Shown here: piece by piece, positions 25,478 to 37,098 of the stretch | How positions within the stretch are numbered: the stretch's first letter is position 1 | Layout: every line of letters begins with the position of its first letter | NCBI RefSeq assembly: GCF_000143415.4 | Contig: NW_003314319.1 | Coordinates: 462,365 to 526,364, forward strand | Source of the DNA: Selaginella moellendorffii | Taxonomy: Eukaryota; Plantae; Lycopodiophyta | Direction: 5' to 3' | Length of the DNA stretch: 64,000 bases | The notes under the pieces: model-generated | What the model saw: the letters and a program-made list of their open reading frames with translations, nothing else | What the model was told of the DNA's origin: nothing | Database searches by the model: none | Translations under genes and position numbers: made by a program

Positions 25478-26143
25478 ATGGCTCATCTTCGTTTTGTTCT
25501 ATCCTTCCTCCTAGCAATCAGCTCCATCTTGTTGGCGCATGCCGCGGATGAAGATATGCTGCAGGACTTTTGCGTTGCGGACAATACCTCCAAGATCAAG
25601 GTGAACGGCTTCGTCTGCAAGGCGGCCGACGATGTCAAAGCCGAGGACTTCAAGTCGAGCCTCCTGGCGACTCCCGGGAACACCTACAACAAGCTCGGCT
25701 CCAACGTCACGCTGGCGAGCGCCATCAATTTCCCCGGTCTCAACACCTTTGGCGTCGCTTTTGCCCGCATCGACTACGCTCCCGGCGGCACCAATCCCCC
25801 CCACGTCCATCCCCGAGGAACCGAGCTGCTCTTCGTCCTGCACGGGACCCTCTACGTCGGGTTCGTCACCACCTTGCCGGACAACAAACTCTTCGCCCAA
25901 AAGCTCAATCCAGGGGATCTTTTCGTCTTCCCTCGAGGGCTCATCCACTTCCAGCTCAATGTGGGAGAGGAGCCTGCGGTTGGGCTCGCTGGCTTCAACA
26001 GCCAGAACCCCGGGGCGTCTCAGGTGGCCAAGGCGGTGTTTGCTTCCAATCCTCCAATCAACGACGACGTGATCGCGAAAGCGTTCCAGATTGATGACCG
26101 TGCTCTCATCCAGAAGCTGAGAGAGCTCATCGGCATGACTTGA
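25478..26143 (+). CDS. Germin-like protein, copy 2 (intronless)
   Basis: Same germin boxes. The mature region is nearly identical to copy 1; the signal peptide differs. Confidence 0.96.
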   Translation: MAHLRFVLSFLLAISSILLAHAADEDMLQDFCVADNTSKIKVNGFVCKAADDVKAEDFKSSLLATPGNTYNKLGSNVTLASAINFPGLNTFGVAFARIDYAPGGTNPPHVHPRGTELLFVLHGTLYVGFVTTLPDNKLFAQKLNPGDLFVFPRGLIHFQLNVGEEPAVGLAGFNSQNPGASQVAKAVFASNPPINDDVIAKAFQIDDRALIQKLRELIGMT

Positions 26144-26320
26144 AAGTCTCTCCAAAGGTTGCGAGGTTGAAAGCCTTGCCTGTCATGAAAATATAATAAA
26201 TTCTTTTTCAAACCTTCCCTATCGATAGTGGAAGCTTCCGTAAGCACAGCTGCATGGCCAAGAATTGAGTTGATTTTCAATAAAAAACAAATAATGAGTT
26301 AAAACCAAACCTCGGAACTG

Positions 26321-28312
26321 CTAAGTTACTATGCCGCCAATTCCCATTTTAAAAACGCTCTTGGACAGATTTGCCAGCAGCACATACGTCGATCCAGTGC
26401 GAGGATCTAGCCTCAGCGCTCGATCCGCAATCCGCCCTGTCCGACACAAATCGTAATGCGATCGGCAAGACGCCAGCAAGACCCTACAAACCAGAGCATC
26501 CGGCGCAAACGGCATCGCGCGCAGCAATTCCTCGGCATTCTCCAGCTGCCCGCCACGGCCGAAGATATCGATCATGTAGACGAAGTGATCCCTGCCCGGC
26601 GCGATCCCAAAATCCCCTGTCACGAGAAGAAAGAAATCCCTGCTGCGATCCACGGAGCCGATGTAGGCGCAGGCGCTCAAGACGCTCCGGAATGTCACCT
26701 CATTTGGATCGCATCCCTCGAGCGCCATCGCCAAGAACAGATCGAGGGCTTTCTCGCCCTCGCCACAATGAGCAAACGCGGTGATCACAGCCGTCCACGA
26801 CACCACGTCCCTGGACGGCATCGCGTCGAACAAACGCCGGCAGCCAATCACATTGCCATTCAGGGCATATGCGGCCACCATGGCGTTCCAGGATACCAGA
26901 TTCCTCTCCGGCATAGAATCGAACGCGTGCTTTGCGCCCAGGACGTCCATCTCCTGCGAATATGCCGTCACCATGGTGGTGTACGACACCACGTCCCTGT
27001 CCGGCATCCTGTCCAGCAGGCTTTGGGCCTCCTCCACGTGGCGCTTCTGGGCGAGCGCCACGAGCATCGTGTTCCACGCCACCATATTCCAAGCTGGCAT
27101 CTTGTCAAAGAAAATTGCCTTGATGGCATCGAGGGTGTCAAACGCGGCACTTGTCGCCAGCATCGTCGTCCACGCAATTACGTCCCACTCTGGCATCCTA
27201 GAAAACAGCTCCCGCGCTTCGTCAGCATAGCCATTCTGGGAATATACCTGTACCATGGTACTCCACGCAACCAGGTTGAGCTCCGGCATCCGTTGAAACC
27301 ATAGCCGTGCGCTTGCCACGTCTCCGTACTGACCAAAACCATGGACCACCGTGGTCGTCGCCACCATGTTGAGCTCTGGTACGGTCTCTAGGAGGTCATG
27401 GAGCCTGCCGGGCCGATTTTGTGCATACGCTCCCAGCACCGTGCTCCATGACACAATGTCTCGCTCTTTTAGGGTTTCAAAGAACGCAAGCATGGATTCC
27501 AGGCTCTCGTTCTCGGCATATACCGCAAGCATTGCATTCCAGGAGATTAGATTCCACTCAGGCATTCTGGAAAAGATATCCTTTGCAGCGTCGATATGCC
27601 CAGATTGGGCATATGCCTGAAGCATCACAGTCCAGGAAACTATATCACGCTCTTCCATTCGATCAAAAAACCTCTTGCAAAGAGAAATCTGGCCGTGACG
27701 AGCGTAACCAAGCAGTAGAGCTGTCCAGCACGAAACATCCTTTTGCGGCAGTGATTTAAAGATTCTCTCCGCAAGATTTAGTTGCCCGAGTTGGGCATAC
27801 GCAAGAACCATTGCGGATGTAGACACGGTGTTCTTGTTTGGCATTGCGCTCCAGATCTCGGCAGCCCTCTCGATGTTTCCAAATTGACAATAGGCATTGA
27901 CAAGTGTGTTCCACGACACTCCGTTAGGGTTTGGAATAGCTTGAAAGATCTCCTCGGCCTCGCCAAGAAGCCCTTGTTGCGCATATGCCGCAAGAATCGC
28001 ATTCCACGAGACAGTGTCACGCTCCGGCATCCTATCAAACATAGATTTAGCTTCCGAGATCAATCCACACTGGACATACGCACTGACCATTATATTCCAC
28101 GAGTAAACATTGGGCTGCTTGATCCCAGCAAAGACTTCGTACGCTTCTTGAGACCTCGCGAACCGTCCGTACATCTGGATGAGAAGATTCGCAAGATACC
28201 GGTCGTGGCCGTGCCCTAGGGACTGGATCTGGCTGTGGATGCGTTTCCCCTCGCTCACACTTCTACACGTACGCAGCGACAAGGCAAGAGAATTTACGGC
28301 GGTAGACTCCAT
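26321..28312 (-). CDS. PLS-class PPR protein (SS-motif array, P2-L2-S2-E, no DYW)
   Basis: 663-aa intronless ORF of ~31-aa repeats (FDRMPERDTVSWNAILAAYAQ). Ends HFVYMIDIFGRGGQL..MPFAPD..YVLLANL. Confidence 0.95.
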   Translation of the reverse strand: MESTAVNSLALSLRTCRSVSEGKRIHSQIQSLGHGHDRYLANLLIQMYGRFARSQEAYEVFAGIKQPNVYSWNIMVSAYVQCGLISEAKSMFDRMPERDTVSWNAILAAYAQQGLLGEAEEIFQAIPNPNGVSWNTLVNAYCQFGNIERAAEIWSAMPNKNTVSTSAMVLAYAQLGQLNLAERIFKSLPQKDVSCWTALLLGYARHGQISLCKRFFDRMEERDIVSWTVMLQAYAQSGHIDAAKDIFSRMPEWNLISWNAMLAVYAENESLESMLAFFETLKERDIVSWSTVLGAYAQNRPGRLHDLLETVPELNMVATTTVVHGFGQYGDVASARLWFQRMPELNLVAWSTMVQVYSQNGYADEARELFSRMPEWDVIAWTTMLATSAAFDTLDAIKAIFFDKMPAWNMVAWNTMLVALAQKRHVEEAQSLLDRMPDRDVVSYTTMVTAYSQEMDVLGAKHAFDSMPERNLVSWNAMVAAYALNGNVIGCRRLFDAMPSRDVVSWTAVITAFAHCGEGEKALDLFLAMALEGCDPNEVTFRSVLSACAYIGSVDRSRDFFLLVTGDFGIAPGRDHFVYMIDIFGRGGQLENAEELLRAMPFAPDALVCRVLLASCRSHYDLCRTGRIADRALRLDPRTGSTYVLLANLSKSVFKMGIGGIVT

Positions 28313-28378
28313 TGGCGCGAAAAGTATTTTAAAATTTTAAACACAAAGAATGGCGGGATGGAGTTTTAGGGTTTTTTG

Positions 28379-30931
28379 ATGCTTGGGGCGGTGGCCCCGG
28401 AATGCCTCGCGGAGGCGCGCATGTCATTTGGCAAGCACAAGGGCAAGCTGATGCTTGTGCTGCCGCGCCACTACCTGGAATCCCTCTCGGATCACGCCGA
28501 GGTGGGGCATCTAGCGAGGAAAGCGCTCCAGACCAAGTTGGCCCCGAGATCGCCGCTCACCAGGGTCGACATCGCCGTCAAGAACGATCTCCTCGAGGCC
28601 CAGGCGCAGATCCTCCGAGACTGCGGCAACAACAGGGATTACGCGGGCGCCCAGAAGGTCCACCGCGAGATCCTCGAGATCAAGGGGCGCGACGGCCGCG
28701 ACAATGTCTACCTCGCCAATCTCCTCATCCAGGCCTACGGCAAGTGCGGCAGCCTCGACGATGCCCAGCTCGTCTTCGATCGCATCCGCGACCCGAATTC
28801 CTTCTCCTGGAACATCATCATCAAGGCCTACGCCAATCACGGCCGCCTCGCCGACGCCCAGCGCCTCTTCGATCGATCGCCCGTCAAGAACGTCGTCACC
28901 TGGAACGCGATGATCACGGCCTACGCCCAGAGCGGCGAGCTCGATCAAGCGAAGGATCTCTTCGACCGTGCGCCGCAACGGAATGTGATAACCTGGACGG
29001 GGATGGTCCAGGCCTACGTCCAAAACGGGCGCCTGGACGACGCGAAGATCCTCTTCCAAAAGATGCCCCAGTGTGATCGAATCACGTGGAACACGATGCT
29101 CCAGGCTTTCGCGGAGTCTGGCGATGTGGAAGAGGCCGAGAGAATATTCCACCAGGGCTGGGACAAAGACGTTATATCCTGGACCGCGATGCTCGGCGCA
29201 TATGCCAACGCTGGGCAAATCACCCGCGCGAGAGATCTCTTTGACAGGATGCCCGAGAGAAATATCGTGACGTGGAATAGCCTCATACTGTGCTACTGCC
29301 AGCAAGGCAACCTGGTAGAGGCCCGGCGACTGTTCGATACCATGCCCATCCAGGACGTGGTGACGTGGACGACTATGGTACAGGCACATGCCCAGCGGGG
29401 GCATCTGGAGGAGTCGAGGGAATTATTCGAGGAGATGCCGGAGCGCGACGTCGTGAGCTGGACGGCGGTGATTGCCGCCTACTTCCAGGCCGGTGACGTG
29501 GACGAATCCGCCGGGTTGTTCTCGAAAATGCCCGAGAAGACCATAGTCGCGTGGAATACCATGGTCGGCGGGTATGGTGAGAGCCGGAGGCTGGAAGACG
29601 CCAAGTATCTCTTCGACCTCATGCCCGTACACAACCAAACCTCTTACTCGATGATGGTCCAGGCGTACGGTTTAAACGGCCACCTAGACACGGCAGAGCG
29701 AATGTTCCGGGATATTCCCGAGAAGGACAAAGTGTGCATCAACGTGATGCTCTCTGTGTACGCGCACAATGGGAGAATGGAGGAGGCAAGACGAATATTC
29801 GAGAGCCTCACGGAGATCTCGTCGTGGGCCGTGGCGGTGATGGCCAAGGGATATGCCGCCTCAGGGCATCTGGAGGAGGCTAGGCGCTACTACGAGCGCC
29901 TGCCGTACGACGACGTGGCGCTGGCCACTTCCATGATCCAGGCGTACGGCGAGGCGGGCGAGGTGGACATGGCGAGGGCGCTGTACGACACCGTGCCCGT
30001 CAAGGACGTCATCTGTGGCACCGCCATGATCGTTGCATTTGCCCAAAACGGGCATCTGGAGGAGGCCAAGGTCGTTTTTGATGGGCTGGTAGTACGAAAC
30101 GTCATCGCCTGGACGGCCATGTTCTCGTCGTTTGCAAACGAGGGTTTCATCGATGAGGCGCGCTCCATGTTTGATCGCATGCCGGAGCGATCGGTGGTGT
30201 CCTGGAACACGATGATTGCCGCCTACGCTGAGATCGGCGAGCTCGAGGCCGTGATGGAGATCTTCTCGCAGATGCCGGAACGCAACTCGGTCTCCTCGAA
30301 CATCCTCATCGCCGCGCACGTCCGGAGGGGAAATTTCGCCGCCGCGCAGGGCTTCTTCGATTCCATGCCAGATCGCAATGGCATCAGCTGGAGCAGCCTC
30401 ATCGGCGCCTACGCGCACAGCGGCCAGCGCCGCGCCGCCCTGGATCTCTTCCACACCATGGCGCTCGATGGAACCCCGCCCGACGACGTGATCTTCCTCG
30501 AGGTGCTGGGGGCGTGCAGCCACGCCGGCCGCGTCGAGGACGCCCGGGAATATTTCCGGTGGATCAGCCAGGATTTCGAGCTGGCGCCACAGATCGAGCA
30601 CTACCGCTGCCTGGTGGATTGCCTGGGCCGCGCCGGGAGGATCCGGGACTGCGAGGAGCTGATCGACACCATGCCCTTCTTTCCAGACGCCGTGGCGTGG
30701 ATCACTCTCCTGGGCGCGTGTAGGGTTCATGTGGATGTGGAGAGGGGCGAGAGGGCGGCCGATCGAGCGCTCGAGCTGGATCCAATGCGCCCGGCCACGC
30801 ATCTTCTAATGACACACATCTACGCGGCCGTGGGGAGGACCAAGGACGTCGAGAGGATCCGCCGGATGATGAGGATCAAGGGGATCAAGCTCCACGCCAT
30901 GAATCTTGCCGAAAACCGGAGGTATCTCTAG
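28379..30931 (+). CDS. PLS-class PPR protein (SS array plus E domain, no DYW) with an atypical N-terminal FGKHKG module
   Basis: 850-aa intronless ORF with SS repeats. C-terminus HYRCLVDCLGRAG..MPFFPDAVAWITLLGAC..IYAAVGR..MRIKGIK. Confidence 0.95.
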   Translation: MLGAVAPECLAEARMSFGKHKGKLMLVLPRHYLESLSDHAEVGHLARKALQTKLAPRSPLTRVDIAVKNDLLEAQAQILRDCGNNRDYAGAQKVHREILEIKGRDGRDNVYLANLLIQAYGKCGSLDDAQLVFDRIRDPNSFSWNIIIKAYANHGRLADAQRLFDRSPVKNVVTWNAMITAYAQSGELDQAKDLFDRAPQRNVITWTGMVQAYVQNGRLDDAKILFQKMPQCDRITWNTMLQAFAESGDVEEAERIFHQGWDKDVISWTAMLGAYANAGQITRARDLFDRMPERNIVTWNSLILCYCQQGNLVEARRLFDTMPIQDVVTWTTMVQAHAQRGHLEESRELFEEMPERDVVSWTAVIAAYFQAGDVDESAGLFSKMPEKTIVAWNTMVGGYGESRRLEDAKYLFDLMPVHNQTSYSMMVQAYGLNGHLDTAERMFRDIPEKDKVCINVMLSVYAHNGRMEEARRIFESLTEISSWAVAVMAKGYAASGHLEEARRYYERLPYDDVALATSMIQAYGEAGEVDMARALYDTVPVKDVICGTAMIVAFAQNGHLEEAKVVFDGLVVRNVIAWTAMFSSFANEGFIDEARSMFDRMPERSVVSWNTMIAAYAEIGELEAVMEIFSQMPERNSVSSNILIAAHVRRGNFAAAQGFFDSMPDRNGISWSSLIGAYAHSGQRRAALDLFHTMALDGTPPDDVIFLEVLGACSHAGRVEDAREYFRWISQDFELAPQIEHYRCLVDCLGRAGRIRDCEELIDTMPFFPDAVAWITLLGACRVHVDVERGERAADRALELDPMRPATHLLMTHIYAAVGRTKDVERIRRMMRIKGIKLHAMNLAENRRYL

Positions 30932-31523
30932 GGCGGGAGTTTTAAAAAATTTCTAGCGGGAGTTTTCGCACATTCCGTTGACATCGCTGCATATTCCGTT
31001 ATTCTTCGCGGGTAAAGGTACTTTTGAATTTTCTTTGCTCGTGGCTGAGTTCCATAATCAACAGATAGCCTGGAGAGAAACCATTGCGTCCACGGCAATG
31101 CTTTATTTTTTCTTCTGGCGTGGAGAGAAGGGTATTCATTGCGACAACGATATATATACAAACAGGTGATTGATTAAAGTACTCTATTTCGATAATTCTC
31201 GCGGAAGAGAATCAGCGAGTTCCCCGACAACTTTACAGATACTAGATGCAAATTCGGCCGGCTTCACAGTTTTTTTTCGCGACGATTTTGATCCTCTGGA
31301 CAACGACCAACGCAAAAGCTTTTTCCTCGCAGTGAGTGCTGGCTGCTACCTTTTCTTCTTCTTCATCTTCTTCCTTATGATTGTATATGTCAACACAGTA
31401 TGCTGGATTGTGCTTCTTGCATTCCAGAGTTGTTTGTGGATTGCTGTCACATGTTAGATATTTTGTTAGCGTTTCATATGCCAACTTTGACACGTTGCAG
31501 AAGTGCGGATGCAGGAAAGGTTT

Positions 31524-33211
31524 TTAGGAAACTCCTACTCCAAGGAAGTCATAGAAAGCCGTTTCACCTGAAACTTGCTGCTGCTGGTGTTGCTGGTGCT
31601 GCTGTTGGTGCTGCTGTTGAAGCTGGTGCTGTTGCTGCTGGTGGTCGAGGGAATGTCTTCCCAACCGCAACGCAGTACTCAGGTCACTGGTGTCAGAGTT
31701 TGCAATCCTTTTCCTATCGTGGACGAAGTTGGCGGTGGAAGATACGTTATGTGAGAAAAAACTTCGATCTTGGAGCTTGTAAGCGCTTGCTTCCGGCTGT
31801 TGGCTCATGAAAACACTGCTATTAGAAGTCTCCATTTCTTCCCGAACGTCAGGGAATTCAAATCCAGCTAAAAGCGGTGGGCATGCTCTCCTTTCTGCCG
31901 CATACGCACGTATCTTTGGTAAGTTGTTTCCTTTTGTCGGTGTTGCACTAAGCGAGCTGTTTGTACCTCCAGGAAAGGCTTTTGGATACTTGTAAGAATC
32001 CACTTGAGGAGGGCACAGAGAGAGGAGTCCTTTGAGCTTGGAGAATTCCCTGTTTGCCGCGGCCTGGTGGTGATAGAAACTGTTGTCGACACCGTGATCG
32101 TGAGAAGTATTGCCACCAAAGTTGTAGCACCCGCTATCTGCTGCTGAAGAAGACGAGGCAATGATGGAGTACTTGTGGATCCAGGCAGTGAGGGACTGAG
32201 CCACAGTCTGTCCGCCGGAGGGAAAGGCCTTTTTGGAAGACGTTCTGCGCGCCAGGGACGTCGGGAATTGGGACTTTCTAGCTCTAGTGATGCTGCTGCT
32301 GCTCGACGAGCTCCTCGACTTCTCCCGGAGCTTCCTCGCCATTATAACGTGCCAGTGGTTCTTGACGGCGTTGTCAGTTCTACCTGGGAAGAGCCTGGCA
32401 ATGAGAGCCCACTTGTTGCCGTGGATTTGATGGGCAGCCATGAGCCGGTCCTCTTCTTCTTCGCTGAAGGGGCGCCGGTTGATCCTCGGGTCCAGCTGGT
32501 TAAACCATCGAAGCCTGCAGCTCTTTCCTGCACAGACAGATATCAGATGATGGTCAGCCAGTCGGGTCCGCATGTCTCTAGCAACGATGACTTTCGGGGA
32601 GTCCGAATTCTCCAGCGGTCAGTGCAAAGAGATGATCTTTTGGAGCGATGCAGTGATGCAAACTGGGATATCGTGAAACGGAGAAACGGGAGAAGATTGA
32701 TGATATCCCCGGGGGATGCAGAAAGATTGTGTATCGTACCTGATCGCCCGTGCAAATTCTCCGCGATTACGTTCCAATTCTGGGGGCCATGGAGAGCAAC
32801 CAGCTGCTTGAGCTTATCATCCTCGGCAGGCCGCCAATGACCCCGGGGATAGACAACTCTGGAAAAATTTCCCTCGCTCTCATGATCGGCCCCAGCTCCT
32901 CCCGAAACCAGCCTCAACTTATCCTCCGGCTCTTCCAGCGACTCAGCGTCCTCGACACCGCCAGCTTCTTCTTCTTCGTCGTCTTCGTCCCCATCGTCGT
33001 CGTCTTGATCCTCGTCATCCTGGTTGAGATATCCTTTCTTCCGCTTTGAGCTCCTCCGATCATCTCCTCTGTCATCCTCGTTGGAGCTGCTGCTTTGGTG
33101 ACTACTTTGGCTGTGATCAGCTACCGCTGCCGCTGTGAGCAGGCCCAAGCCTCCATACGACTTAGTGGACGACGATTCCTGGCGGCCGGGAAAGAAGGAG
33201 CTCTCTGCCAT
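31524..33211 (-). CDS. R2R3-MYB transcription factor, subgroup 21 (MYB105/MYB117/LOF-like), 2 exons
   Basis: [61 protein letters not shown]-terminal FYDFLGVG (S21 FxDFL motif), a poly-Q tract, and an intron at about 32530-32739. Confidence 0.93.
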
Positions 33212-36200
33212 CAAAGCTCTGAATTGGATGGAGGACAGGATGGAAGAAATTTAAGAACCTCTCCAGATGCTGCTGCTCGTGAGATTCAACAGTGACTGTC
33301 GCTCGTGGCGGCGACGCTTCACCGCCAGAAGAGAAGGAAAGACTGACACGGATCACTCAACAGCAAAAGCAGTTATTCATCTTCCCGGCTCGATCAGCGT
33401 CGACAAGCCAGGGGCGAGCAAGAAGAGTACTTTGATCGCAAATCTCCATCCGACTACCTACTGATTATAATGCGCCGGTGAGAGAAAAGCGAAGGGAATT
33501 TCTGGAGCATCGAAGCATCGAAGCAAGAACAACAGGCAGGTACTATTCCTTTTGGTTTTTCTTCTTTCCTCTTGTATATATTTCTTTAGTTCTGAATTTT
33601 TTTTTTTTCCTTTCGGTTGTTGCTGCTAGGAAATGAGGGAAGAAGGGAGAGAAGAGTTAGTCCTCATTCCACATCCGCGGTGGTGCGATTGTCGCCGTTT
33701 TCTAACCAACCAATTGACCCCGCAGCGGCACAAAAAAAAAAAAAAACCAAAAACAACGAGACAAGGAAGAAAGATAAGAAAGAAGGAGAGAAGCCCCACA
33801 CCCAGGCAATTTATACTCCCGGCCAAGAACGGGTCAGAACAACACGGGATCTCGGTAATGATCTTCTTTAGGAGAAAAGTTTGATCTTTTAAAACAAGGT
33901 GAAAGCTTGGCTTGCTTAATAGTAATAGAAACGCTTGCTTTGCCTTGAGTGCCTTGTTGTTTGGCTGCCAAGTGTGACCTGTGATTGTTGAGATGTCACA
34001 ACACCAGCAACATTACCACTCCAAAGAACCAAACTTGGGACACGCAACTCTTTCGCTCGTGACAGTGATATGTTTCTTGGCTGCCTTCTCCCTGCCAAAA
34101 GTAAAGTAGAAATCCCTCTCTTTGTGTGTTTATCTCCTTTTGTCTATGGTAGCTTCCTTGTCTCTCTCCCGGCCTGGTCCCGGATCGATCCCGCGACCCC
34201 TCCCCCTTTTGTTGGTGGCGTTTGTATTGTTGTTCGTCGCTGTCGCTGTCGCGGTCGCTGTTGCGGGGACCACGTCTGGCCGCTGCCGGAGACGGCGACC
34301 CCTGAGAAGCGAACAAGCGAATCTTTGTTATTCATGAGCTCTGTCGCGGTCGGAATATCCTTTGACTATAGTAGCACCTCTCCACATTTAAGAGAAGATA
34401 GATTGGATCCTAGAGATATCGTGATCCCCCAGCGTTTCATTGACTTGCACCTCTGCGAGTTAAAGTTGTAAGTTGTCCTCCTTTTCTTTGGCTTGATTTT
34501 TTCGTTCTTGACCCTGAGAAGAACAAAGAAAAATATCAGCGAGAGAAAGTCTTTTCAATTCCGAAAGACCTGTGCTGTTGCTGTTGCTGCTGCTCGCCAC
34601 TGTTGCCTGATTGATTGATTGATTGGTATGTTCGTCCGTCGTATGTAATATAAATAGCCAATGCTGATCGATGCCCTCTGCTGCTGCCAAGTCCCATGGA
34701 GAAAGAAAGATATTGTCAATCAATCGAGATCAGCTAAGTAGGTGGTGGTGTGTAGTCTGCTTACCTCTGTGTGTGTGCGTGGCTCAGCTCGTTCTCTTAT
34801 TCTTTTCTCGCAGAGGGACGAGAAGGACGGACGGAACAACAAGGACGGACGGAACAACAGCTCGTCTCTTTGATCATCGGTGCTCCTTTGCCACCGCTGT
34901 TAGGTGGCTGGAACTTTCTGTTATAATACCAAAGGACAAAGCGTGAAAGAAGTGAGAATCTAACACATAAAACTCTCATACCCGTGTGCAAACATCTTGT
35001 CTTTATTTGTTCCCCCTCGATGCTCAATCTCTCTCTCAGGGCCTCCATCATTCTTAATCATACTCGAATTCGTTTGAGACACACCTGCAAGATGGAAGAC
35101 ACAGACTTAATAAGTACCTCTAGATACTTACAGATGCAAGTCAAACTTGGAGCAAGTATCAAATCCCAAGCCAAATCCTCCCATGCCGTGCCGTGCCGTG
35201 CCGTGCCACTGTCCTTCGACTACTGTGCTACGCTTTCTCTTCCAGACAAACGATCAAACATCCCCTAGGTGCTTTACTTCCCGAGGTGGCGATGATCAAT
35301 AGCAACCAGGAGGAAAAGGCTGCTTTATCTAACCTGGTAGCGCTAGACCCGAGCAATGCACGAAGAAAAGCCTGTTCCTTTGTGTTCCTTACCCTGGACT
35401 CCGGACTTTACAGCAACGGTGTTTAAAGCTGTGAGGTATGCCTATACATGTTTCCATGTCTCCACAACGTATATCTGGAATCCAACAACCAGCAACGAAC
35501 GTCGTTAGTACAGGAAAATACAATGCACTGACGGACTGATGGAGAGAGAAGCGGGAAAAGAAACTTAGAAATAGCTGCAGATGATGCAACTTGGCCATTC
35601 TTTCCACACTGTCTCTACTGCACTGCAAGCAAGCTGAAGAAGACTTCACAGGCAGAAGCACTAGTTGTCCATCCCGAATCCCTCTCACTCTCTCTTTCTC
35701 TCTGAAAGGAAACTAAAGCAAGCAAAAAACAAATCTTACAGTCTAGGAAGAGCGAGGCCTTCGAAAAAGACCAACTTCCCATGATGAAAGGCTGGGTGTG
35801 TCTGCGCACTGCAAAGCCAGTACCTGTTTCGCAGACCAAGTTAGCGACGTCACACGTAAATGAAACATACATATACATACACCGGGAAAAAGATTAAACC
35901 CACCTTTCTGTAGCTCGTCCAGGAGTTTCGCCTGTAACGGAAAATGCAAAGGCCTGACGTTCCCAAATACGTCAGGCAAAGACAACTGAGCGACCGCTGC
36001 AAAGCCAGAAACGGACGAAGGCGGTGTTAGTTTTAATCATTCATTAGTTTCCTTTCTCTCCCGCTCTCTCTTCCTCTCTTTCTGGCAACTTTTTCTGTCA
36101 CATTCAACTCAGTATGCAGAAGCGGTGAGGTGCAAGTAAAACAAACAGAAACTAAAAGAACGGAAAAGACCGGTTGTGAGAGAGGTACCTATCCTGCGAT

Positions 36201-37098
36201 GAAGCAGAAACTTTAAAATGTCTAGTAATGACACAGTTAGAGCAATCATCACGCGCGCACTTGCTCTTACATTGATCTAGGTGATCCAAACCACAAATAT
36301 GTTGCTGTCGAGTATGCAGAAGCCTGCACGCAAGAAAAAAGGATAGTGTTGCGATCTCAATAGATACACAAAGTCACTACCTCTTTCACTGCTGCACCGC
36401 TGCTGCCTGAGTGACGAAAATTACTAGTAGCTCTCCACGTCTCTACAAACACAACCACAAGAAATGAATAAAGCAATCAAACGCCCCAGAGCACACCAGG
36501 AAACTAGACTCGCCATGATTTGAGCAAACGTCGCCGGCGGAAGTACCTCACGCCAAAACAAACACAAACTTATCAGCAGTTGTTTCGCGTGAACAAGATA
36601 AAAAACACATCGACAACACAACTTGAAAATAAATTAAACGATAACCAACCCGCGCTCGTTTAACCTTGTATCCACGAGTACACTGCACGCAATGAGAAGA
36701 GAAAAGCGTGCGTTAGTATCCCGATAGATACACAAAAACAAGGTACCGTACCTCGTTCTCCTGCTCTGCTGCTGCCTCAACATGTCACAAACACAAAGAC
36801 ACCAGCTCCTTAATGCAAAGGTTAAGTCTATTAGAATGACTGCTGCCATTTACAAAGAGATGCAAATACATGGACTACAACTAGTCTGAATCAAACCAAG
36901 CAACAAAAGCTACCTCCTACAAGCACACCCTCCACTGCTAAGCTAAATCTATCACCTCCGCCCCGAATGATAAGGAAAAAAAAAAAAAGAGAGCACTGTA
37001 CCCATCCCATTGATGCCCTCGAGCTCCAGTTTCTTGATGCGTCTGTGTATGTGCCTTTGATCCAGTTGGCGGAGTATGCAAGAATTTAGCTGCGTGAA

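Noticed and set aside
21995-26155. Antisense and alternative-frame ORFs over the germin genes
   Set aside because: Shadow ORFs of GC-rich codon usage, duplicated along with the real genes.
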